Source: a phage
Direction: 5' to 3' (one strand)
DNA: 64,000 bases
Sequence record: NC_102531.1
This document shows positions 56,366 through 64,000 of the stretch, piece after piece. Numbering within the stretch: position 1 is the stretch's first letter; each line of letters opens with the position of its first letter. The notes under the pieces are model-generated. The model was not told the origin of the DNA, ran no database searches, and saw nothing but the letters and a program-made list of their open reading frames with translations. The translations under genes and the position numbers were made by a program.

Positions 56366-56656
56366 ATGATGGATTTAGTTCTGAATATGGATAACGCAGG
56401 AGAGTTTAAAGACGATGGTGTAACAAGCATGGACAAACCCTGCTCTGCTAAGGTTGACTCAAAATGGACCTACAAGTTTGACGGAGAGATCTTCGCAAAT
56501 GATGAGAAGGTTGTAGATGCTGCAGCCATTTTGAACGCTCTAGGGTACGACCCTGTGAATTCTTTGATCAAGGATCCTGTTGAGTTTGCAGAGTATGTTC
56601 GAAAAATGGCAGATCTTGCTGTAGATATTTTAAAAACTATCGACAACAAGCTGTAA
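56366..56656 (+). CDS. hypothetical protein
   Basis: 96-aa ORF. Confidence 0.4.
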   Translation: MMDLVLNMDNAGEFKDDGVTSMDKPCSAKVDSKWTYKFDGEIFANDEKVVDAAAILNALGYDPVNSLIKDPVEFAEYVRKMADLAVDILKTIDNKL

Positions 56657-56662
56657 AAACTG

Positions 56663-56691
56663 TTGACACAACGCTTCAGATTTAGTATCAT
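56663..56691 (+). promoter_or_regulatory. sigma70-like promoter followed by a 5' UTR hairpin (56700-56720)
   Basis: TTGACA - 17 nt - TATCAT, then AAGAGGG-tttggtt-CCCTCTT and CTTTAAAA before ATG 56739. Confidence 0.55.
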
Positions 56692-56738
56692 TGTTTTCAA
56701 AGAGGGTTTGGTTCCCTCTTCTTTAAAAGGAACACGTT

Positions 56739-57056
56739 ATGCAAATTGAAATCACTGGCAACGTAGAAATCACTGAAGGTATGGTGTCTTTCATTTCCCA
56801 CAAAATGTCTAAGCTGGAGCGTTTGCACCCCTCTGCCAACTATGCACGTGTGAGTGTAAAAGTTGAAAATGATCACCAGGAAGTTATGGCGTTCATTTTT
56901 GACACTTCCGGAAAAGAAGTTATTGCCAAAGCTAAAGGCAGTGATGCTTACGAGGCAACTGACCGTATGGTAGATGTTGCAGCACGTCAGTTGGCTAAAT
57001 GTGGTGGAAAGAAAGGTAAGGGGAAAGGCAAAGTAAAGATTGACTTTGGAGAATGA
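56739..57056 (+). CDS. hypothetical protein (MQIEITG N-terminus, Gly/Lys-rich C-terminus)
   Basis: 105-aa ORF downstream of promoter; C-terminal CGGKKGKGKGKVK. Confidence 0.45.
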   Translation: MQIEITGNVEITEGMVSFISHKMSKLERLHPSANYARVSVKVENDHQEVMAFIFDTSGKEVIAKAKGSDAYEATDRMVDVAARQLAKCGGKKGKGKGKVKIDFGE

Positions 57057-57193
57057 GGTGCTACAATGGGCGTGATTAAGAAACTAGTCCCAAATGTAGA
57101 GATTGCATGCTTTGAAATTATGTTTGCAATCGCAGTTGTAGTTAATGTGTTAGGTTACGGCTATTAATATCAAATAATTGAGGAGACCTCTAA

Positions 57194-57463
57194 ATGAAAA
57201 TTAAATTATTCAAAACTGAGCTGGCAGACAAAAACTGTGGACTGGTTGAAGGCATGATCGTTGAAGCACAACCAGTAGACTACATGAAGGTGGTTCGTGA
57301 TGCCCTGGGTGAAGGTTTTGATCTGATGGAGCCAGCTCTGCGAGAAGATGTTATCGAGATGGCTAAAAAGCACACACCTGAAGGTTTGGTGGTGTTTGTT
57401 GCACCGGGTAACGGAGAAGAGTTGATTGTAACTCCTGATGTGTATGAGGTTGTAGAGGAATAA
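57194..57463 (+). CDS. small protein, MKIK paralog family
   Basis: MKIKLFK...ends YEVVEE. Confidence 0.45.
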   Translation: MKIKLFKTELADKNCGLVEGMIVEAQPVDYMKVVRDALGEGFDLMEPALREDVIEMAKKHTPEGLVVFVAPGNGEELIVTPDVYEVVEE

Positions 57464-57556
57464 TCCTGCTTGGATTAGCATACTGCCTCAATAAGAAGAA
57501 AAGTTTGTAATTACTTGTGGGAAAGGAATCCCCATTCTTGCCAGAGGTGATACTAT

Positions 57557-57820
57557 ATGATTGTTTATTTTAAAACTTCAGGTGGATACCCTGATTCTCA
57601 AAGCTTGATCGGAAAAACGTGCACAGCATACTCACCTCTTGATGAGGAGGTAAGCGATATCCTACGGGATATGTATCGGATTGATCCGCAAGAAGCTTTT
57701 GATCAAAACCTTGTATTTGTCAAGGGCTTAGACCTGAAGTCATTGGGAGCATTCCCTGAAGCAGATGATGATGCCGTTTATTCGTTCATGACTCCTTTTG
57801 AAGCTATGGTTGTTGGGTGA
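57557..57820 (+). CDS. small protein, paralog family (VFVKGLDLKSLGA)
   Basis: Shares the KG-DL...GA motif. Confidence 0.4.
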   Translation: MIVYFKTSGGYPDSQSLIGKTCTAYSPLDEEVSDILRDMYRIDPQEAFDQNLVFVKGLDLKSLGAFPEADDDAVYSFMTPFEAMVVG

Positions 57821-57824
57821 TAAT

Positions 57825-58157
57825 ATGAAAGTACGTTTTATTGGTGAAACAATTCCTGTGCATCTCCGGTCGCCTGAGGATTCTGCAGATCTTGCATCTC
57901 AAAAGGCAAGAGGTTATGATAAGAAAGTAACCTCAACCGATGTAGAGCTTGAGGCCACTAGTCTACCTGACCCTGCTGCATTCTTTAATCATTATGGGTA
58001 CTATTTCAGCAACCTGATGAATATCGGTGAGCTTGTGTTTATTAGTGGTGGAGAAATTGTTAGCAAGCTTGGCGGCGATCCGGATGTCTTTCCTGAAACC
58101 TGTCCTTTTGCATTTATAGTAGGTTCAGATGTGGAAGTTATTGAGGAGGTTCGGTAA
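57825..58157 (+). CDS. small protein, MKVK paralog family
   Basis: MKVRFIG...IVGSDVEVIEEVR. Confidence 0.45.
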   Translation: MKVRFIGETIPVHLRSPEDSADLASQKARGYDKKVTSTDVELEATSLPDPAAFFNHYGYYFSNLMNIGELVFISGGEIVSKLGGDPDVFPETCPFAFIVGSDVEVIEEVR

Positions 58158-58552
58158 TGGTAAGTCTATACCGTGTTGAGTATAGCTCAGACACTGTATA
58201 CAACGTAAGAAGCAAAGATCGCAGTGACAGAGTGCAAGAAATGTATGTTCTTGCAGACAGTCCGTTATCTGCAGCGTTTAAGGCAGGAGCTCTTGCATCT
58301 CGTTGGAAATTCGAGGGCGGATCTTTCTATGAAGAAACTCTTGAAGATTCTGTTGTTATTTCTTCTGTAGAGGTTTCAACTGACTACGAAGGGAAAAAGT
58401 TCGTAATGCGGCACCCACACAGCAACATTGCGTACTATTGGGATGTTCTGAACAACGAGTGGACCCCAGATCTTCAGAAGGCTACTGTGCTAACACCGTT
58501 TTTGGCAGATAAGTTCCCACCAGAAGGTAATTTATTCACACTGTTTCAGTAA
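58157..58552 (+). CDS. paralog family B protein (HP-x-S...YW...WTP motif)
   Basis: Paralog of ORF 55950..56348. Confidence 0.45.
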   Translation: MVSLYRVEYSSDTVYNVRSKDRSDRVQEMYVLADSPLSAAFKAGALASRWKFEGGSFYEETLEDSVVISSVEVSTDYEGKKFVMRHPHSNIAYYWDVLNNEWTPDLQKATVLTPFLADKFPPEGNLFTLFQ

Positions 58553-58570
58553 TTTTCTTGCACACAGGTG

Positions 58571-58599
58571 TTGACAACGCCAACCCTGTGTGAAATAAT
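58571..58599 (+). promoter_or_regulatory. sigma70-like promoter flanked by an 8-bp inverted repeat
   Basis: TTGACA - 17 nt - AATAAT; CACACAGG (58561-58568) and CCTGTGTG (58585-58592) bracket the -35 and spacer. Confidence 0.5.
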
Positions 58600-58631
58600 A
58601 CCTTCATCTTAACAAGACAGGAGACTGATTG

Positions 58632-58889
58632 ATGAAGATTAAATTGAAAAACCTTGAAACGGCAGAGATTCAGGACGGTGTTGATTTCCGTTCTAAAGAT
58701 GGTGACATCTTAGAGGTAAATCTCCCAACCTACGAGCTGATTAAAGGTTTTGGCAACGTTCCGGAAGAGGATATTACAGAAATTCTTATGATGTTGATTC
58801 TTGACGGAACTGTGTTTGTAGGTGAAGGTGAGAACGCTATTGCAATCCCAGGCCATTTTTATGAAGTAGTTGACGAAGAGGTGCTGTAA
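58632..58889 (+). CDS. small protein, MKIK paralog family
   Basis: MKIKLKNL...ends YEVVDEEVL. Confidence 0.45.
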   Translation: MKIKLKNLETAEIQDGVDFRSKDGDILEVNLPTYELIKGFGNVPEEDITEILMMLILDGTVFVGEGENAIAIPGHFYEVVDEEVL

Positions 58890-59240
58890 ATGAAAGTAGA
58901 AATTACCGGTTTTGATACTAATGTGGTTCCGGAAGATATTTTAGCTAACTTGCCGGAAGGTTTTGGTAACGGTGTTGTGGTGGATGCTGTTCCTCCTACC
59001 AAGGACATTCTGCTGCAGTATGGTGTAGCAGAGGAAGATGTCGATAAAGTTCTTACAATGATGGCAATCGATCGTGTTGTCGTTGTTAAAGGTCTCGATA
59101 ATTTTGAGAGTGATCCCCTGATTATTCGTGGAGATGACTACAAAATCATCGATAATGAAGGCCAAGAGTTCTATGAGCCTTGTGCAGAAGATATTCTTAA
59201 CTTATTACTGGAAGCAGGCACCGAAGAGGAGGACGAATAA
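58890..59240 (+). CDS. small acidic protein, paralog family
   Basis: MKVEITG...VVVKGLDNF...EEEDE. Confidence 0.45.
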   Translation: MKVEITGFDTNVVPEDILANLPEGFGNGVVVDAVPPTKDILLQYGVAEEDVDKVLTMMAIDRVVVVKGLDNFESDPLIIRGDDYKIIDNEGQEFYEPCAEDILNLLLEAGTEEEDE

Positions 59241-59569
59241 TGAAGATTGACCCGTTACTGAAGGCTCGTGCAGAAAAAGCGTACACCATTAAGCTGACCA
59301 ACCTGGTTCCTACTTGTCATCCAGATGTAGGTTGGCCTGAAGGTCTGGTAGAGGGGACTGTAACAGCTGCATACCTTCCTAACATCAAATACCTTATGGA
59401 AATCTTAGAGATGGAGGAGGAAACTGCAGAACAGTTCCAGTTGGATATGAAACAGAGTGGGACTCTGGTTATTCACGGGTGGTATAATACTAAAGATGCA
59501 GAAGACCCTCTGGTAACTTCTAATCTGGCATATGAAATCTTAGGGCCTTTGAACCTGGAGGAAGACTAA
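59240..59569 (+). CDS. hypothetical small acidic protein
   Basis: 109-aa ORF, coupled. Confidence 0.4.
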   Translation: MKIDPLLKARAEKAYTIKLTNLVPTCHPDVGWPEGLVEGTVTAAYLPNIKYLMEILEMEEETAEQFQLDMKQSGTLVIHGWYNTKDAEDPLVTSNLAYEILGPLNLEED

Positions 59570-59856
59570 TGAAAGATCTGGTTAAGATTAAGATTAAAGA
59601 TACCAATGGGGAGCTCAGCCATTTTGGAATTAATGATGGTGACGAACTGATCGCACACCTGCCTACCAAGGAGGTTGTAAGCAAAGCAGTTGCCGGAGAA
59701 GAAGCTGCAATGCAGGCTGCAGGTGTGGATGAAAACTATGTAGCTATGTGCATGTGCCGAGATCAGGTTGTTCTGTATAAAGCGTATCGACCAAACGGAG
59801 CCACGGAGTGGCTTGTATTCCGACCAGATGGATATGAAATCTTAGAGGCACTATGA
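59569..59856 (+). CDS. hypothetical small protein
   Basis: 95-aa ORF, coupled. Confidence 0.4.
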   Translation: MKDLVKIKIKDTNGELSHFGINDGDELIAHLPTKEVVSKAVAGEEAAMQAAGVDENYVAMCMCRDQVVLYKAYRPNGATEWLVFRPDGYEILEAL

Positions 59857-59945
59857 TAAATCTTGCCAAGGTTGCAACAGTTCTGTTAATTATTTGCTGG
59901 TCAGTAACCTTAACACTGTGTCTTGTATTTCAGTAAGGTGCTTGT

Positions 59946-60209
59946 ATGAACATCCTGATGTGGGTTGTAGCAGTGGCGTTTGTTGCATGTTTTTGCTGCT
60001 GGGTTGCGGTGAGGATTTCTATAGCTACCCTTCGGAAGTTGGGGTTCTCAGAGTGGGATATTAATATCCTTTCTTTTCGCAATGAAACAATCTCAGCCGC
60101 CCTGCTCTGTAAGAAATTCAAGTGGGAACCTTGCGAGGTCATGAACTATCTAAGAACAGGAGATATCCCTGAAAGATTTAAAAAAGTTCTTGACGGCAAG
60201 GATAAATGA
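59946..60209 (+). CDS. small membrane protein
   Basis: N-terminal hydrophobic helix MWVVAVAFVACFCCWVAV. Confidence 0.4.
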   Translation: MNILMWVVAVAFVACFCCWVAVRISIATLRKLGFSEWDINILSFRNETISAALLCKKFKWEPCEVMNYLRTGDIPERFKKVLDGKDK

Positions 60210-60364
60210 CAGTATAGTGACTAACAAGAGGTGAGGAGTGACTGATTTTACTGAAGCTTTAATGATGGCCTTGTCTGTTTTAGTGCTATCGGTGTGTTTT
60301 GGGGCGTTATTCACATCTCTGGTTAAAGTTTTACATACAGTATTATTACCCAAGGAGCGCAGTA

Positions 60365-60619
60365 ATGACAAAGATTGACTTAAATGCTGGAGACCATGTT
60401 GTTGTCAAATGCATCGGAGATTATCTTGGATTCACAATCGGCAATACTTACGAGGCGGTAGTGGCGAAGGTTTACCATGATAAAGTCCTCAGTCTTGTAT
60501 TTGACTGCGATGATGATGATGGGGATGACCGATACGTCTGTGAGGTACTGGCACGAGACGATAGTGAAGACCAGAAATTCCTGGTTATTGAACTGAATGG
60601 TATTTTTGTAGAACGTTAA
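60365..60619 (+). CDS. hypothetical small acidic protein
   Basis: AAGGAG RBS before ATG 60365. Confidence 0.45.
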   Translation: MTKIDLNAGDHVVVKCIGDYLGFTIGNTYEAVVAKVYHDKVLSLVFDCDDDDGDDRYVCEVLARDDSEDQKFLVIELNGIFVER

Positions 60620-60647
60620 TTTAAAACAACATAAGGAGACTCCTACT

Positions 60648-60953
60648 ATGGCTAAATCTAAAGTTGAACTGTTCACCTCTCTTCCTTCTGACACTGCAGA
60701 ACGTGATCGCCTTCGCAAAACAATCGAAGAACTGGTGGAACTCCAGCTTCAGATTAAAGATCTGAAAGATGCCATCAAGGATATCATTCTTGTTGAGAAG
60801 CAGGATCATCTGTATTCTCCTAAATTCATCAAATCTCTGGTGGCTACCGAGTTCGATATTCGCTATGAGGCTGAAAAACGTCGAGCTAAAATCGAAGAAG
60901 AGGTTGAGCACATGTCTGAGGCAGACATTCTGTTCAAACGCTCTGTAGAATAA
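60648..60953 (+). CDS. hypothetical protein
   Basis: AAGGAGAC RBS; followed by a terminator. Confidence 0.5.
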   Translation: MAKSKVELFTSLPSDTAERDRLRKTIEELVELQLQIKDLKDAIKDIILVEKQDHLYSPKFIKSLVATEFDIRYEAEKRRAKIEEEVEHMSEADILFKRSVE

Positions 60954-60957
60954 TGAC

Positions 60958-60985
60958 AAAGAGGGGCCCAAGCCCCTCTTTTACT
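60958..60985 (+). terminator. rho-independent terminator candidate
   Basis: AGAGGGGC-ccaa-GCCCCTCT followed by TTTACT. Confidence 0.55.
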
Positions 60986-61005
60986 ATCCATGAAGGAGAT
61001 TTGAG

Positions 61006-61332
61006 ATGGGTATACCGATTACTGTAAAAGAACTAAATGAACGTGATGCAGGCGGTCTATGGCCTGCACGAAAAATCCGCTGCGTCTATATGAAAGAGAA
61101 TCTTGAACATCTTGATCAACAGATCAAGGTCGGTGATATTTTCGAGGTCTTCTATTCCAATCGTCGCAACTGGGAAACCATTCAGCCTTCTGGTTTTGTT
61201 CTTGCCAAACTTGACACTGGAGAAGTGATTATCCCTGGGTTGGATATTGTCTTCGAAATTATCCAGGAGTGGGATCCGGATAAGATTAGATACGAAGAAT
61301 TATTCGGTAAAGGTATTATCAAACCTGTGTGA
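61006..61332 (+). CDS. hypothetical protein
   Basis: GAAGGAG RBS, 108 aa. Confidence 0.5.
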   Translation: MGIPITVKELNERDAGGLWPARKIRCVYMKENLEHLDQQIKVGDIFEVFYSNRRNWETIQPSGFVLAKLDTGEVIIPGLDIVFEIIQEWDPDKIRYEELFGKGIIKPV

Positions 61333-61340
61333 GGTGGATT

Positions 61341-61622
61341 ATGTCTACAAAGGCGGCTAAATACTCCTACATGCCATCAACCTCTGCAGAGGTAGACTTT
61401 AGTTTCGATGTGTTCCCACTATTTGAGGTGGTTCTGGCATACCCAACAATACTATCCACTCCTGAATCACTTGTGCCTGTTAAGTTGCAGAACGCTATGC
61501 ATTCTATGCACTACAACAATAAATGTAGGCACAGATGGTGTCAGGACGAGGAAAAAGATCTGGACAGTTTGAGAGATTTTGACAATCACCTTTTGACACC
61601 TTTCAGCTACTCCAAACCTTGA
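61341..61622 (+). CDS. hypothetical protein
   Basis: GGTGG RBS before ATG 61341. Confidence 0.45.
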   Translation: MSTKAAKYSYMPSTSAEVDFSFDVFPLFEVVLAYPTILSTPESLVPVKLQNAMHSMHYNNKCRHRWCQDEEKDLDSLRDFDNHLLTPFSYSKP

Positions 61623-61663
61623 TAAGCCCTCATGGGTATAGCAAAATATCAAATTTAAGACAC

Positions 61664-61692
61664 CTAGGACGCTCTATGGCGTCCTTTTCTTT
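61664..61692 (+). terminator. rho-independent terminator candidate
   Basis: AGGACGC-tctatg-GCGTCCT followed by TTTCTTT. Confidence 0.6.
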
Positions 61693-61854
61693 ATCTGGTG
61701 CACGATTGCATACCTTGGACAGATAATCTCGTTACAGAGCGTTTAAGGACGGTCTATAAACAAATCTCTCTTTCGAGCGTAGCGAGAACGCACGTCCGTT
61801 TTGGCCCAAATCACCATACGCTCGGATTTTAACCAAACCCTCGCGGCGTTTCTG

Positions 61855-61883
61855 TTGACACATTGCCGCTCCAGTGATAATAT
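61855..61883 (+). promoter_or_regulatory. sigma70-like promoter
   Basis: TTGACA - 17 nt - TAATAT followed by GGAGAAT RBS. Confidence 0.55.
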
Positions 61884-61903
61884 CCACACATCGTTTGGAG
61901 AAT

Positions 61904-62005
61904 ATGGAATACACAATGAGAACATTGTCCGAAGTTTTAGTGGTGATCCTGATGATCATTACGTCCATAGCGGCTGTTGCCGGAATACTCACGGGTGGAA
62001 CATGA
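61904..62005 (+). CDS. tiny hydrophobic peptide (33 aa, single TM helix)
   Basis: MEYTMRTLSEVLVVILMIITSIAAVAGILTGGT behind promoter and RBS; stop overlaps the next start. Confidence 0.4.
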   Translation: MEYTMRTLSEVLVVILMIITSIAAVAGILTGGT

Positions 62006-62217
62006 CTACCACACATGCGTCTGAAGAGACATCCGAAGGAGTGACCATATGTTGCCCATTGGCTGAGCCAGTGAAAGAGGAAAACTTCGATTCTGAAGAT
62101 TCTCCATCTTCGCTCCAGGTAGATCCTGAGGCTGATGACCTGACGTGGGAAGACATCGTAGATATCTGGTTCTCTATTATGCCTGAGCACGAAGAGTTCA
62201 GAGGTGGTAGACTATGA
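62002..62217 (+). CDS. small highly acidic protein
   Basis: MTTTHASEETSEGVTICCPLAEPVKEENFDSEDSPSSLQVDPEADDLTWEDIV...; GGGTGG RBS; preferred over the antisense ORF 61732..62190. Confidence 0.45.
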   Translation: MTTTHASEETSEGVTICCPLAEPVKEENFDSEDSPSSLQVDPEADDLTWEDIVDIWFSIMPEHEEFRGGRL

Positions 62218-62337
62218 AGCACCGAGCCCACACAGGTTCCTCATGCTAAAGCATGGCCTGAAGAGGCAAACGTGCATAATTCCAGCGTGTTGTAACGTGT
62301 AAACCCTGTTCACACTCTCATTTCCAGAGGAGATTCA

Positions 62338-62553
62338 ATGAAGATAGAAATATTTGGTGGAGCTGACAACACTCGTGGCCTGATTTACCTTGAATTCGAT
62401 GAATCATACCTGCCAGAGGTGTTAAATATAGACTCTGTTGCTGAGGCTTTGGGAGTAAACCCTAAAGAACTCCACTCTTGTGCTGAGATCGATGGTTGGG
62501 AGGAGACCATGAACATTGATTTCAGTGAAGTAGAGGATGAACCGCTGGACTGA
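62338..62553 (+). CDS. small acidic protein (MKIEIFG, paralog-like)
   Basis: AGAGGAG RBS, 71 aa. Confidence 0.45.
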   Translation: MKIEIFGGADNTRGLIYLEFDESYLPEVLNIDSVAEALGVNPKELHSCAEIDGWEETMNIDFSEVEDEPLD

Positions 62554-62679
62554 CACACAATTAGCTGCCTGGCTAAAGTGCTGGAGCACCTATAACACAT
62601 CTTTCAACTAAATTTCCTACCACCACAATCACTTACCTCCCACACATGACTGTTTGCTTGTTTAGTGAGCAGTCATGCC

Positions 62680-62707
62680 TTGACATTCTTGCCTATCCTG
62701 ATAAAAT
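62680..62707 (+). promoter_or_regulatory. sigma70-like promoter with no downstream ORF
   Basis: TTGACA - 16 nt - TAAAAT, preceded by inverted repeat CATGACTG...CAGTCATG; downstream 300 nt lacks a convincing ORF. Confidence 0.45.
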
Positions 62708-64000
62708 TAAGTTCTTCTCTTTTCTTTTACCGAGTAATTCGGGTTTTCTGTTCTCTTCGGTTTGAAGGGGTATGGAGATACACCTGAGTGAACAGGGTGA
62801 ACAACCGAACATTTGGCTATGGCATTAGCATGGCGAAGCGGACGGGTGACGAAAGAGGGGCCGGAGGACACCAGTCACTGCCATATGATATATGGGTGAT
62901 AACCTGAAGAGTCTGAATAAGTGTTTAAGTACCAGTCAGAGGAAAAGGTGAATGGTAGCCGAAGGGGGAGGGGGGTTTCTTGTATCTTTAATTTGTATAT
63001 TATGTATACACTTGTAAACCAATCTCATCTGAATCTGTTTACCACACAAAGCGGATAGAGACAAATATTGCCTATTAAACTTGAATTATTTATAGAAAAT
63101 ACCACAACACCACTTAAGTCTTTGATTTTACACACAAATCCTACAAATATCCTACCTTCATATTTAACATACCTGTAACATATTCCATACTCTACCTGCC
63201 TGATCAATTTCCCCAACTACATACCCATATTTTCCCTGTCTGTACTACCCATGCCCCGCCGGGAGTCCCGTCATATCTGGCTTTCCAGCAAATATCACAC
63301 CCACAAATATCATTGCCTGAAGAGGGTTTCATCCCATAATACCTGCCTTGCCTGAAGAGCGCTTCATACACCACGTAAATTTTTTAATTGACCCCTCCCC
63401 GCCGCCGGAGAGGTTGGCTTTTCCCACACAGACCTGAAGAGTCAGCCAGAAATATCTGAACAGGTCCAGTTCTGCCACGATTTTGACCTGACATACAGGA
63501 GCGCTGCCCTGTCAGGAGCCGTAGCGACTGGAGTGCTGCCAGGCGGACGGAATGGGAATACTTCTCATTCTTATAATAATTCTCAAATATCGAGGCAGTG
63601 AGGCAAATTAATAGGCCAGGCCGTTCACACAGTGGCACAACATTTGCAACCTATCTTGGGCGGGTGAATGAGAATACCTATCATTGTGAGAACTGTTATC
63701 ATTACGGGCAATTTAACATAATACCCATTATGCGCACCACTGGCGATACATACAGGGATTGATAACATGGGTTACTGTTTACGCACATAACAATTATATT
63801 TCTTACTATTTGTGTGGGATATAGTTAGCAGCCGATAGATTAGATATTAACCTGCAGACTTCTGACCGTCCAGACGTCTAAACGCCCACACACCAAGGAT
63901 TATACATACACTCCTGAATGTAAACAGGGCCGCAAAAATGCTACCATACAAGCTTGTAAATTTTCCATGCAGCACTTGACAAAGAGGAGAAAAACTTGTC

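Noticed and set aside
61732-62190. 152-aa minus-strand ORF
   Set aside because: It is antisense to a plus-strand promoter, RBS, micropeptide and acidic ORF arrangement that matches the surrounding plus-strand operon structure; no RBS on the minus strand.
63025-63638. Minus-strand ORFs 63025-63216 and 63384-63638 in the terminal region
   Set aside because: They lie in repeat-rich, strand-biased sequence with no recognisable RBS or motif; I cannot support them as genes, though proteomics could overturn this.
1-64000. Search for integrase, recombinase, transposase, repressor module or rRNA
   Set aside because: No tyrosine or serine recombinase or DDE transposase motifs and no rRNA-like sequence were seen; the only mobile element supported is the intron-encoded HNH endonuclease. 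Absence here does not exclude them elsewhere in the genome.

Overview
This window reads as a segment of a virulent tailed dsDNA phage with a contractile tail; a lambda-R-type lysozyme and an Rz/Rz1-type spanin pair point to an enterobacterial host. All calls come from reading the sequence and recalling family motifs from memory; no database search or folding program was run. Positions 1-25361 are almost entirely minus-strand: tail fibre and baseplate candidates, tape measure, a tail-assembly chaperone pair with a likely -1 frameshift, tube, sheath, neck proteins, capsid, scaffold, portal, and a terminase large subunit split by a group I intron that carries an Endo VII/HNH ORF. Upstream of these lie the spanin pair, a seven-gene tRNA operon, and a polynucleotide-kinase plus metallophosphoesterase pair. 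Positions 25462-62553 are plus-strand early/middle genes: a T4 Rnl1-like RNA ligase operon with a sirtuin-like protein and a MazG-like protein, a DNA ligase, the lysozyme, nucleases and resolvases, two NPPF/NPPY methyltransferases, ThyX, NrdAB with a glutaredoxin, NrdDG, PhoH and a ClpP-family protease. A long run of about 35 small ORFs follows, including paralogous families and a duplicated two-gene cassette, and repeated near-consensus sigma70 promoters (TTGAC(A/T), 16-18 bp spacer, TATAAT-like) precede several operons. The best candidate for an undescribed system is the divergent RNA-repair island at 24389-28241 with its coupled sirtuin; other items worth a second look are an ORF-free 660-bp region with phased palindromic iterons, an atypical 99-nt tRNA-like gene, and a repeat-rich noncoding end of the window. 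No integrase, transposase, CRISPR array or rRNA was found.
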